Assembly (NCBI GenBank): GCA_002189035.1
Contig: NEEC01000127.1
Location: forward strand, 29,521 to 93,520
Length of the DNA: 64,000 nt
Source of the DNA: Utricularia gibba
Taxonomy: Eukaryota; Plantae; Magnoliophyta
Reading direction: 5' to 3'
Shown here: positions 13,301 to 26,400 of the stretch, piece after piece
Position numbering within the stretch: the first letter of the stretch is position 1
Layout: the number at the start of each line of letters is the position of its first letter
Notes under the pieces: generated by a model
What the model was told of the DNA's origin: nothing
Database searches by the model: none
The model's input: the letters and a program-made list of their open reading frames with translations, nothing else
Made by a program: the position numbers and the translations under genes

Positions 13301-16300
13301 AGCCTTCAGATGTGCCACAAAGTGGCCACCACGTTCGCACGACGCGACTTGGAACACCAAAATCGACGTGATTGTAATTTTCGGCTTGCAAAACATCTGC
13401 GTTTTTCGGGTGATGTGAAATATGGGTTTTCGAGGCGATCTTTGCACATGCTTAGGGTGTGTCCCTACTCGAAGCCTCATGGTTTCCTCGCACAAATATC
13501 ATCAGATGTTTTCACAAAGTGTGCCACTACGTTCGCGATTTTCGCGACGGCGATGGAATTGCACATGCTTAAAATCGACGCGTCCCTACCGAAGCCTCAT
13601 GGTTTCCTCGCACACCGTTCGGCATCTCGTCGATATCCTGAAGACCGTGATGAGTCACGCTGCGCCCGGATTTTTCGTTTCGAAGCTGTGAAATCGAGCC
13701 GGGTTCCGTGTTGCGATCTTTTCTTAGGTCCGATACCGAAGCCTCATGGTTTCCTCGCACACCGTTCGGCATCTCGTCGATATCCTGAAGACCGTGATGA
13801 GTCACGCTGCGCCCGGCATACCGTTAAGCTCTTCAGATGCCGAGCCGGTCCACCACGTTCGCGACGATGCGACTTGGAACACCAATCGACGTGATTGTAA
13901 TTTTCGGCTTGCAAAACATCTGCGTTTTTTCGGGTGATGTGAAATATGGGTTTTCGAGGCGATCTTTGCACATGCTTAGGGTGTGTCCCTACATTATCGC
14001 CTTCATGGTTTCCTCGTTCAGATGTGCCACATAAGTCGGCCATATCCTGAAGACCGTCGCGACGATGCGACTTGGAACACCAAAATCGACGATTGTGATT
14101 TTCGGCTTGCAAAACATCTGCGTTTTTCCGGGTGATGTGAAATATGGGTTTCTCGTTCCGAGCCGATCATTTGCACATGAAAGCTTCTTCGTCCAGGGGA
14201 TGCATCCGAGCTCCTCAATGGTTTCGCTTCGCACACCGTTCGGCATCTCAGATGTGCCACCGAAATCCTGGACCGTGATGAGTCACGCTGCGCCCGGATA
14301 CCGTTTCGAAGCTCGTTCCGAGCCGGTCATCTTCCGTGTTGAAAGCTTCTTCGTCCGAGGATGCATCAGAGCTCGAATTATCGCCTTCGTGAGCCTTCAG
14401 ATGCGCCACAAAGTTTCGGCTTGCAAAACATCTGCGTTTTTTTCGTGATGCGACGAATATGGGACTTTTCGACACATCAATTGCACATGTGATTTTCGGC
14501 TTGCGTCCCTACCATCTGCGTTTTTTTGGGCTCGCAAATATGGGTTTTCGAGGCGATCTTTGCACATGCTTAGGGTGTGTCATCCTCGTCGATATCCTGA
14601 AGACCGTGATGAGTCACGCTGCGCCATACCGTTTCGAAGCTCGTTCCGAGCCGTCATCTTCCGTGTTGAAAGCATCTCGTTCGATATCCTGAAGACCGTG
14701 ATGCTCGACGCGCTGCGCCCGGAATATGTGCCACAAATTGGCTCGTTCCGAGCCGTTCATCTTCCGTGACTTGAATGCTTCTTCGTCCGAGGATGCATCA
14801 AGAATCGCTCGATGATTATGCGATTTTCGGCTTGCAAAACATCTGCGTTTTTTGGGTGATGTGAAATATGGGTTTTCGAGGCGATCTTTGCACATGCTTA
14901 GGTGTGTGCCTCCCTACAAGTGGCCACACACGTTCGCTCGACATGTTCGACATCTCGAACGATATCCTGGCGACGCGATTGATGATCGGCTTGCAAAACA
15001 TCTGCGTTTTTGCGGGCCATGGAAATATGGGTTTCTCGAGCGATCTTCCGAGCCGGTCATCTTCCGTGTTGAAAGCTTCTTCGTCGGATGCATCAGAGCT
15101 CGAATTATCGCCTTATATTAGCCTTCAGATGTGCCACAAAGTGGCCACCACGTTCGCGACGATGCGACTTGGAACACAAAATCGACGTGATTGTATTTTC
15201 GGCTTGCAAAACATCTGCGTTTTTCGGGTGATGTGAAATATGGGTTTTCGAGGCGATCTTTGCACATGCTTAGGGTGTGTCCTACCCGAAGCCTCATGGT
15301 TTCCTCGCACACCGTTCGGCATCTCGTCGATATCCTGAAGACCGTGATGAGTCACGCTGCGCCCGGAACCGTAAGCTCGTTTCGTGTTGAAGCTCGTCCG
15401 AGGATGCATCAGAGCTCGGTCAGATGTGCTTCGCGACGATGCGACTTGAACAGACTTCTTCGTCTGCGTTTTCGCCTTCGAGTGATGTGAATGCATATCG
15501 ACGGTTTTCGAGCGCGATGCGACTTTGCACATGCTTAGGGTGTGTCCCTACCGAAGCCTCATGGTTTCCTCGCACACCGTTCGGCATCTCGTCGATATCC
15601 TGAAGACCGTGATGAGTCACGCTGCGCCCGGAATACCGTTTCGAAGCTCGTTCCGAGCCGGTCATCTTCCGTGTTGAAAGCTTCTTCGTCCGAGGATGCA
15701 TCAGAGCTCGAATTATCGCCTTCTATTAGCCTTCAGATGTGCCACAAAGTGGCCACCACGTTCGCGACGATGCGACTTGGAACACCAAAATCGACGCGAT
15801 TGTATTTTCGGCTTGCAAAACATCTGCGTTTTTTCGGGTGATGTGAAATATGGGTTTTCGAGGCGATCTTTGCACATGCTTAGGGTGTGTCCTACCGAAG
15901 CCTCATGGTTTCCTCGCACACCGTTCGGCATCTCGTCGATATCCTGAAGACCGTGATGAGTCACGCTGCGCCCGGAATACCGTTTCGAAGCTCGTTCCGA
16001 GCCGGTCATCTTCCGTGTTGAAAGCTTCTTCGTCCGAGGATGCATCAGCTCGAATTATCGCCTTCTATTAGCCTTCAGATGCTGGCCACCACGTTCGCGA
16101 CGATGCGACTTGGAACACCAAATCGACGCGATTGTGATTTTCGGCTTGCAAAACATCTGCGTTTTTGGGTGATGTGAAATATGGGTTTTCGAGGCGATCT
16201 TTGCACATGCTTAGGTGTTCCTACCCGAAGCCTCATGGTTTCCTCGCACACCGTTCGGCATCTCGTCGATATCCTGAAGACCGTGATGAGTCACGCTGCG

Positions 16301-19300
16301 CCCGGAACATCGACCGGTTTCGAAAGCTCTTCGTTCCGAGCCGGTTCATTCTTCCGTGTTGAAAGCTCGTTCTTCGTCTTCGGATGCATCAGAGCTCGAA
16401 TTATCGCCTTCCTAATGTAAGCCGTTCCGAGATGCGCCGACATCAGAGTCGAGCCACCTTACGTTTCGCGACGATGCGACTTTAACACCAGAAATTCGAC
16501 ATCTGCGATTGTAATTTTGCGGGCTTCGCACAAACATCTGCGTTTTTGGGTGATGTGAAATATGGGTTTTCGAGGCGATCTTTGCACATGCTTAGGGTGT
16601 GTCCCTACCGAAGCCTCATGGTTTCCTCGCACACCGTTCGGCATCTCGTCGATATCCTGAAGACCGTGATGAGTCACGCTGCGCCCGGAATAGCCGTTCT
16701 CCGTGTTTAAGCTTCTTCGTCCGAGGATGCATCAGAGCTCGAATTATCGCCTTCATCCTTCGCGTGTTGAAGCTTGCTCTCGTCCGAGGATGCATAAGAG
16801 CCTCGAATTATCGCATCTCGTGATATCCTGAGCCTTTCAGATACCGTGAAGCTCGTTCCGAGCATCAAGCTCGGCCAGAGCCACGTTCGCGACGATGCGA
16901 CTTGGAACACCAAAATCGACGTGATTGTAATCTTTCGGCTCTGCACAAACCTGATCATGCGTTTTCGTCGGAGTGATGTCCGAATATAAGCTCGGAGCCT
17001 TCTTCCGAGGCGATCATTTGCACATGCGTTAGTGTTGTCGAGGCGATCCCATACCGAAGCCTCATGGTTTCCTCGCACACCGTTCGGCATCTCGTCGATA
17101 TCCTGAAGACCGTGATGAGTCACGCTGCGCCCGGAATACCGTTTCGAAGCTCGTTCCGAGCCGTCATCTTCCGTGTTGAATGCTTCTTCGTCCGAGGATG
17201 CATCAAGCTTAGCCTCCGAATTATCGCCTCGTGATATTAAGCCGTGATCAGATGTGCTCACAAAGTTCTTCGTCCGCCAGCTCGACGTTCGCGACCGTTT
17301 CGATGCGACTTGGAACACCAAAATCGACGTGATTGTAATTTTCGGCTTGCAAAACATCTGCGTTTTTTCGGGTGATGTGAAATATGGGTTTTCGAGGCGA
17401 TCTTTGCACATGCTTAGGTGTGTCCCTAAGCCGACAGCCATCGCGATGGACTTTCACGCTCGCAATACACTCGTTCGGCATCTTCGTCGATCATCCTCGA
17501 AGATCCGTGATGAGTTCACGCTGCGCCCGGAATACCGTTTCGAAGCTCGTTCCGAGCCGGTCATCTTCCGTGTTTCCGAAAAAGCTTCTTCGTCCGAGGA
17601 TGCATCAGAGCTCGAATTATCGCCTTTATTAGCCTTCAGCGCTTCGCGAGATGTGCACACGAAAGTGTGCTTCAGGCATCACGTTATCGCGACGATGCGA
17701 CTTGGAACACCAAAATCGACGCGATGTGTAATTTTCGGCTTGCACAAACATCTGCGTTTTTTTCGGGTGATGTGAAATATGGGTTTTCGAGGCGATCTTT
17801 GCACATGCTTAGGGTGTGTCCCTACCGAAGCCTCATGGTTTCCTCGCACACCGTTCGGCATCTCGTCGATATCCTGAAGACCGTGATGAGTCACGCTGCG
17901 CCCGGATACCGTTTCGAAGCTCGTTCCGAGCCGGTCATCTTCCGTGTTGAAAGCTTCTTCGTCCGAGATGCATCAGAGCTCGAATTATCGCCTTATATTA
18001 GCCTTCAGATGTGCCACAAAGTGGCCACCACGTTCGCGACGATGCGACTTGGAACACCAAATCGACGTTGTAATTTTCGGCTTGCAAAACATCTGCGTTT
18101 TTTCGGGTGATGTGAAATATGGGTTTTCGAGGCGATCTTTGCACATGCTTAGGGTGTGTCCCTACCGAAGCCTCATGGTTTCCTCGCACACCGTTCGGCA
18201 TCTCGTCGATATCCTGAAGACCGTGATGAGTCACGCTGCGCCCGGATACCGTTTCGAAGCTCGTTCCGAGCCGGTCATCTTCCGTGTTGAAAGCTTCTTC
18301 GTCCGAGGATGCATCAGAGCTCGAATTATCGCCTTATTAGCCTTCAGATGTGCCACAAAGTGGCCACCACGTTCGCGACGATGCGACTTGAACACCAGAA
18401 TCGACGTGATGTGTGATCTTTCGGCTCTCGTCAAAACCTGATGAGTCACGCTGCGCCCGGATACCGTTTCGAAGCTCGTTCCGAGCCGGTCATCTTCCGT
18501 GTTGAAATTCTTCGTCCGAGATGCATCAGAGCTCGAATTATCGCCTTCTATTAGCCTTCAGATGTTTCGCGACGATGCGACTTGGAACACCAAAATCGAC
18601 GCGATTGTGATTTTCGGCTTGCAAAACATCTGCGTTTTTCGGGTGATGTGAAATATGGGTTTTCGAGGCGATCTTTGCACATGCTTAGGGTGTGTCCCTA
18701 CCCGAAGCCTCATGGTTTCCTCGCACACCGTTCGGCATCTCGTCGATATCCTGAAGACCGTGATGAGTCACGCTGCGCCCGGAATACCGTTTCGAAGCTC
18801 GTTCCGAGTCATCTTCCGTGTTGAAAGCTTCTTCGTCCGAGGATGCATCAGAGCTCGAATTATCGCCTTCTATTAGCCTTCAGATGTGCCACAAAGTGGC
18901 CACCACGTTCGCGACGATGCGACTTGAACACCAAAATCGACGCGATTGTGATTTTCGGCTTGCAAAACATCTGTTTTTCGGTGATGTGAAATATGGGTTT
19001 TCGAGGCGATCTTTGCACATGCTTAGGGTGTGTCCCTACCGAAGCCTCATGGTTTCCTCGCACACCGTTCGGCATCGGCATCTCGTCGATATCCTGAAGA
19101 CCGTGATGAGTCACGCTGCGCCGGGAATACCGTTTCGAAGCTCGTTCCGAGCCGGTCATCTTCCGTGTTGAACGCTTCTTCGTCCGAGGATGCATCAGAG
19201 CTCGAATTATCGCCTTATATTAGCCTTCAGATGTGCCACAAAGTGGCCACCACGTTCGCGACGATGCGACTTGAACACCAAAATCGACGCGATTGTGATT

Positions 19301-21310
19301 TTCGGCTTGCAAAACATCTGCGTTTTTTCGGGTGATGTGAAATATGGGTTTTCGAGGCGATCTTTGCACATGCTTAGGGTGTGTCCCTACCGAAGCCTCA
19401 TGGTTTCCTCGCACACCGTTCGGCATCTCGTCGATATCCTGAAGACCGTGATGAGTCACGCTGCGCCCGGAATACCGTTTGGAAGCTCGTTCCGAGCCGG
19501 TCATCTTCCGTGTTTAAAGCTTCTTCGTCCGAGGATGCATCAGAGCTCGAATTATCGCCTTCTATTAGCCTTCAGATGTGCCACAAAGTGGCCACCACGT
19601 TCGCGACGATGCGACTTGGAACACCAAAATCGACGCGATTGTATTTTCGGCTTGCAAAACATCTGCGTTTTTTCGGGTGATGTGAAATATGGGTTTTCGA
19701 GGCGATCTTTGCACATGCTTAGGGTGTGTCCTACCGAAGCCTCATGGTTTCCTCGCACACCGTTCGGCATCTCGTCGATATCCTGAAGACCGTGATGAGT
19801 CACGCTGCGCCCGGAATACCGTTTCGAAGCTCGTTCCGAGCCGTCATCTTCCGTGTTGAAAGCTTCTTCGTCCGAGGATGCATCAGAGCTCGAATTATCG
19901 CCTTATTAGCCTTCAGATGTGCCACAAAGTGGCCACCACGTTCGCGACGATGCGACTTGGAACACCAAATCGACGTTGTAATTTTCGGCTTGCAAAACAT
20001 CTGCGTTTTTTCGGGTGATGTGAAATATGGGTTTTCGAGGCGATCTTTGCACATGCTTAGGGTGTGTCCCTACCGAAGCCTCATGGTTTCCTCGCACACC
20101 GTTCGGCATCTCGTCGATATCCTGAAGACCGTGATGAGTCACGCTGCGCCCGGAATACCGTTTCGAAGCTCGTTCCGAGCCGGTCATCTTCCGTGTTGAA
20201 TGCTTCTTCGTCCGAGATGCATGAGCATCAGAGATGTGCTCGAATCTATCGCCTTCTACATTAAATCATGCCGATTCAGCTTATGCGCCTCACAAATCTC
20301 GTCGATATATCCTGAAGACCGTGATGAGTCACGCTGCGCCCGGACCGTTCCGTGTTTAAAGCTTCTTCGTCCGGATGCATCAGAGCTCGAATTATCGCCT
20401 TCTATGCGTTTTTTCGGCGACTTGAACACCAGATACCGTGAAGCTCGTTCCGAGCATCAAGCTCGACGATGCGACTTGGAACACCAAAATCGACGTGATT
20501 GTAATTTTCGGCTTGCAAAACATCTGCGTTTTTTCGGGTGATGTGAAATATGGGTTTTCGAGGCGATCTTTGCACATGCTTAGGGTGTGTCCCTACCGAA
20601 GCCTCATGGTTTCCTCGCACACCGTTCGGCATCTCGTCGATATCCTGAAGACCGTGATGAGTCACGCTGCGCCCGCATACCGTTTCGAAGCTCGTTCCGA
20701 GCCGTCATCTTCCGTGTTTAATGTCCGAGGATGCATAGAGCTCGAATTATCGCCTTCTATTAGCCTTCAGATGTGCGGGCGACTGATGCGTTTTTTCGGT
20801 GATGACTCGAAGCCTCATGGTTTCCTCGCAATCTCGTCGATGGGCCCGGAATACCGTTTCGAAGCTCGTTCCGAGCCGGTCATCTCGTGTTTAATGCTTC
20901 TTCGTCCGAGAATTATCGCCTTCAGATGGCCACCACGTTCTTTGCACATGCTTCTTCCGTGTTGAAAGCTTCTTCGTCCGAGGGTGTGTCGACTTGCACC
21001 GAAGCCATCTCGTCGATATCCTGAAGACCGTCATGGAGCCGTTTCGCCTTATATTAGCTGTGCCACAAAGTGGCCACCACGTTCGCGACGATGCGACTTG
21101 GAACACCAAAATCGACGTGATTGTAATTTTCGGCTTGCAAAACATCTGCGTTTTTCGGGTGATGTGAAATATGGGTTTTCGGCGTCGATCTCGTTCTTCG
21201 TCCGAGGATGCATAAGAGCTCGAATTATCGATATGCGACTTGGAACACCAAAATCCTGAAGTTTTTTCGGTGATGTGAAATATGGGTTTTCGACTTTGCG
21301 TGATGAGTCA
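10361..21310. other. Zone of scrambled, out-of-register monomer fragments interleaved with intact monomers (probable consensus or assembly artefact)
   Basis: Patches at about 10361-10470, 11478-11610, 12751-12860, 13494-15530, 16308-17700, 18410-18440 and 20217-21310 consist largely of 8-40 nt pieces of the same monomer, all in + orientation and in wrong order. Confidence 0.75.
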
Positions 21311-23486
21311 CGCTGCGCCCGGAATACCGTTTCGAAGCTCGTTCCGAGCCGTCATCTTCCGTGTTGAAAGCTTCTTCGTCCAGGATGCATCAGAGCTCGA
21401 ATTATCGCCTTCTATTAGCCTTCAGATGCGCCACAAAGTGGCCACCACGTTCGCGACGATGCGACTTGAACACCAAATCGACACGATTGTGATTTTCGGC
21501 TTGCAAAACATCTGCGTTTTTTGGGTGATGTGAAATATGGGTTTTCGAGGCGATCTTTGCACATGCTTAGGGTGTGTCCCTACCCGAAGCCTCATGGTTT
21601 CCTCGCACACCGTCGGCATCTCGTCGATATCCTGAAGACCGTGATGAGTCACGCTGCGCCCGCATACCGTTTCGAAGCTCGTTCCGAGCCGGTCATCTTC
21701 CGTGTTGAATGCTTCTTCGTCCGAGAATGCATCAGAGCTCGAATTATCGCCTTATATTAGCCTTCAGATGTGCCACAAAGTGGCCACCACGTTCGCGACG
21801 ATGCGACTTGGAACACCAAAATCGACGTGATTGTAATTTTCGGCTTGCAAAACATCTGCGTTTTTTCGGTGATGTGAAATATGGGTTTTCGAGGCGATCT
21901 TTGCACATGCTTAGGGTGTGTCCCTACCGAAGCCTCATGGTTTCCTCGCACACCGTTCGGCATCTCGTCGATATCCTGAAGACCGTGATGAGTCACGCTG
22001 CGCCCGGAATACCGTTTCGAAGCTCGTTCCGAGCCGGTCATCTTCCGTGTTGAAAGCTTCTTCGTCCGAGATGCATCAGAGCTCGAATTATCGCCTTATA
22101 TTAGCCTTCAGATGTGCCACAAAGTGGCCACCACGTTCGCGACGATGCGACTTGGAACACAGAATCGACGCGATTGTATTTTCGGCTTGCAAAACATCTG
22201 CGTTTTTTTGGGTGATGTGAAATATGGTTTTCGAGGCGATCTTTGCACATGCTTAGGGTGTGTCCCTACCGAAGCCTCATGGTTTCCTCGCACACCGTTC
22301 GGCATCTCGTCGATATCCTGAAGACCGTGATGAGTCACGCTGCGCCCGGATACCGTTTCGAAGCTCGTTCCGAGCCGGTCATCTTCCGTGTTGAAAGCTT
22401 CTTCGTCCGGATGCATCAGAGCTCGAATTATCGCCTTCTATTAGCCTTCAGATGCGCCACAAAGTGGCCACCACGTTCGCGACGATGCGACTTGTAACAC
22501 CAGAATCGACGCGATTGTGATTTTCGGCTTGCAAAACATCTGCGTTTTTTGGGTGATGTGAAATATGGGTTTTCGAGGCGATCTTGCACATGCTTAGGGT
22601 GTTTCCTACCCGAAGCCTCATGGTTTCCTCGCACACCGTTCGGCATCTCGTCGATATCCTGAAGACCGTGATGAGTCACGCTGCGCCCGGAATACCGTTT
22701 CGAAGCTCGTTCCGAGCCGGTCATCTTCCGTGTTGAATGCTTCTTCGTCCGAGGATGCATCAGAGCTCGAATTATCGCCTTATATTAGCCTTCAGATGTG
22801 CCACAAAGTGGCCACCACGTTCGCGACGATGCGACTTGGAACACCAAAATCGACGCGATTGTAATTTTCGGCTTGCAAAACATCTGCGTTTTTTGGGTGA
22901 TGTGAAATATGGGTTTTCGAGGCGATCTTTGCACATGCTTAGGGTGTGTCCCTACCCGAAGCCTCATGGTTTCCTCGCACACCGGCATCTCGTCGATATC
23001 CTGAAGACCGTGATGAGTCACGCTGCGCCCGGAATACCGTTTCGAAGCTCGTTCCGAGCCAGTCATCTTCCGTGTTGAATGCTTCTTCGTCCGAGGATGC
23101 ATAAGAGCTCGAATTATCGCCTTATATTAGCCTTCAGATGTGCCACAAAGTGGCCACCACGTTCGCGACGATGCGACTTGGAACACCAAAATCGACGTGA
23201 TTGTAATTTTCGGCTTGCAAAACATCTGCGTTTTTTCGGGTGATGTGAAATATGGGTTTTCGAGGCGATCTTTGCACATGCTTAGGGTGTGTCCCTACTC
23301 GAAGCCTCATGGTTTCCTCGCACACCGTTCGGCATCTCGTCGATATCCTGAAGACCGTGATGAGTCACGCTGCGCCCGGCATACCGTTTCGAAGCTCGCG
23401 TTCCGAGCCGGTCATCTTCCGTGTTGAAAGCTTCTTCGTCCGAGGATGCATCAGAGCTCGAATTATCGCCTTCTATTAGCCTTTCA

Positions 23487-26400
23487 GATGCGCCACAAAG
23501 TGGCCACCACGTTCGCGACGATGCGACTTGGAACACCAAATCGACGCGATTGCGATTTTCGGCTTGCAAAACATCTGCGTTTTTTGGGTGATGTGAAATA
23601 TGGGTTTTCGAGGCGATCTTTGCACATGCTTAGGGTGTGTCCCTACCGAAGCCTCATGGTTTCCTCGCACACCGTTCGGCATCTCGTCGATATCCTGAAG
23701 ACCGTGATGAGTCACGCTGCGCCCGGAATACCGTTTCGAAGCTCGTTCCGAGCCGGTCATCTTCCGTGTTGAAAGCTTCTTCGTCCGAGGATGCATCAGA
23801 GCTCGAATTATCGCCTTCTATTAGCCTTCAGATGCGCCACAAAGTGGCCACCACGTTCGCGACGATGCGACTTGAACACAGAATCGACGCGATTGTGATT
23901 TTCGGCTTGCAAAACATCTGCGTTTTTTTCGGGTGATGTGAAATATGGGTTTTCGAGGCGATCTTTGCACATGCTTAGGGTGTGTCCCTACCGAAGCCTC
24001 ATGGTTTCCTCGCACACCGTTCGGCATCTCGTCGATATCCTGAAGACCGTGATGAGTCACGCTGCGCCCGGCATACCGTTTCGAAGCTCGTTCCGAGCCG
24101 GTCATCTTCCGTGTTTAAAGCTTCTTCGTCCGAGGATGCATCAGAGCTCGAATTATCGCCTTCTATTAGCCTTCAGATGCGCCACAAAGTGGCCACCACG
24201 TTCGCGACGATGCGACTTGAACACCAGAATCGACGCGATTGATTTTCGGCTTGCAAAACATCTGCGTTTTTGGTGATGTGAAATATGGGTTTTCGAGGCG
24301 ATCTTGCACATGCTTAGGGTGTGTTTCTACCCGAAGCCTCATGGTTTCCTCGCACACCGTTCGGCATCTCGTCGATATCCTGAAGACCGTGATGAGTCAC
24401 GCTGCGCCCGGAATACCGTTTCGAAGCTCGTTCCGAGCCGGTCATCTTCCGTGTTGAAGCTTCTTCGTCCGAGGATGCATCAGAGCTCGAATTATCGCCT
24501 TCTATTAGCCTTCAGATGCGCCACAAAGTGGCCACCACGTTCGCGACGATGCGACTTGAACACCAGAATCGACGCGATTGTGATTTTCGGCTTGCAAAAC
24601 ATCTGCGTTTTTTTCGGGTGATGTGAAATATGGGTTTTCGAGGCGATCTTTGCACATGCTTAGGGTGTGTCCTACCGAAGCCTCATGGTTTCCTCGCACA
24701 CCGTTCGGCATCTCGTCGATATCCTGAAGACCCGTGATGAGTCACGCTGCGCCCGGCATACCGTTTCGAAGCTCGTTCCGAGCCGGTCATCTTCCGTGTT
24801 GAAAGCTTCTTCGTCCGAGGATGCATCAGAGCTCGAATTATCGCCTTCTATTAGCCTTCAGATGCGCCACAAAGTGGCCACCACGTTCGCGACGATGCGA
24901 CTTGAACACAAGAATCGACGCGATTGTGATTTTCGGCTTGCAAAACATCTGCGTTTTTTGGGTGATGTGAAATATGGGTTTTCGAGGCGATCTTTGCACA
25001 TGCTTAGGGTGTGTCCTACCGAAGCCTCATGGTTTCCTCGCACACCGTTCGGCATCTCGTCGATATCCTGAAGACCGTGATGAGTCACGCTGCGCCCGGC
25101 ATACCGTTTCGAAGCTCGTTCCGAGCCGGTCATCTTCCGTGTTTAAAGCTTCTTCGTCCGAGGATGCATCAGAGCTCGAATTATCGCCTTCTATTAGCCT
25201 TCAGATGCGCCACAAAGTGGCCACCACGTTCGCGACGATGCGACTTGAACACCAGAATCGACGCGATTGTGATTTTCGGCTTGCAAAACATCTGCGTTTT
25301 TTCGGGTGATGTGAAATATGGGTTTTCGAGGCGATCTTTGCACATGCTTAGGGTGTGTCCTACGAAGCCTCATGGTTTCCTCGCACACCGTTCGGCATCT
25401 CGTCGATATCCTGAAGACCGTGATGAGTCACGCTGCGCCCGGAATACCGTTTCGAAGCTCGTTCCGAGCCGGTCATCTTCCGTGTTTAAAGCTTCTTCGT
25501 CCGAGGATGCATCAGAGCTCGAATTATCGCCTTCTATTAGCCTTCAGATGCGCCACAAAGTGGCCACCACGTTCGCGACGATGCGACTTGGAACACAATC
25601 GACGCGATTGTGATTTTCGGCTTGCAAAACATCTGCGTTTTTTCGGGTGATGTGAAATATGGGTTTTCGAGGCGATCTTTGCACATGCTTAGGGTGTGTC
25701 CCTACCCGAAGCCTCATGGTTTGTCGTTCGCATCTCGTCGATATCCTGAAGACCGTGATGAGTCACGCTGCGCCCGGGCATACCGTTTCGAAGCTCGTTC
25801 CGAGCCGGTCATCTTCCGTGTTGAAAGCTTCTTCGTCCGAGGATGCATCAGAGCTCGAATTATCGCCTTCTATTAGCCTTCAGATGTGCCACAAAGTGGC
25901 CACCACGTTCGACGATGCGACTTGAACACCAGAATCGACGCGATTGTGATTTTCGGCTTGCAAAACATCTGCGTTTTTTTCGGGTGATGTGAAATATGGG
26001 TTTTCGAGGCGATCTTTGCACATGCTTAGGTGTGTCCTACGAAGCCTCATGGTTTCCTCGCACACCGTTCGGCATCTCGTCGATATCCTGAAGACCGTGA
26101 TGAGTCACGCTGCGCCCGGCATACCGTTTCGAAGCTCGTTCCGAGCCGGTCATCTTCCGTGTTTAAAGCTTCTTCGTCCGAGGATGCATCAGAGCTCGAA
26201 TTATCGCCTTCTATTAGCCTTCAGATGCGCCACAAAGTGGCCACCACGTTCGCGACGATGCGACTTGAACACCAAAATCGACGCGATTGATTTTCGGCTT
26301 GCAAAACATCTGCGTTTTTTCGGGTGATGTGAAATATGGGTTTTCGAGGCGATCTTTGCACATGCTTAGGGTGTGTCCTACGTGAAGCCTCATGGTTTCC

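Larger units (their letters stand above)
1..23486 (+). repeat. Satellite haplotype domain A (left)
   Basis: Dominant alleles: GATGTGCC, CTTGGAACACCAAAATC, GAC(G)TGATTGTAA, GTCCCTAC. Polymorphic GCAT(C/A)AGAG, CCTT(C/A)TATT and GAA(A/T)GC. Last GAATGC/GCATAAG/TTATATT at ~23077-23127. Confidence 0.85.
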
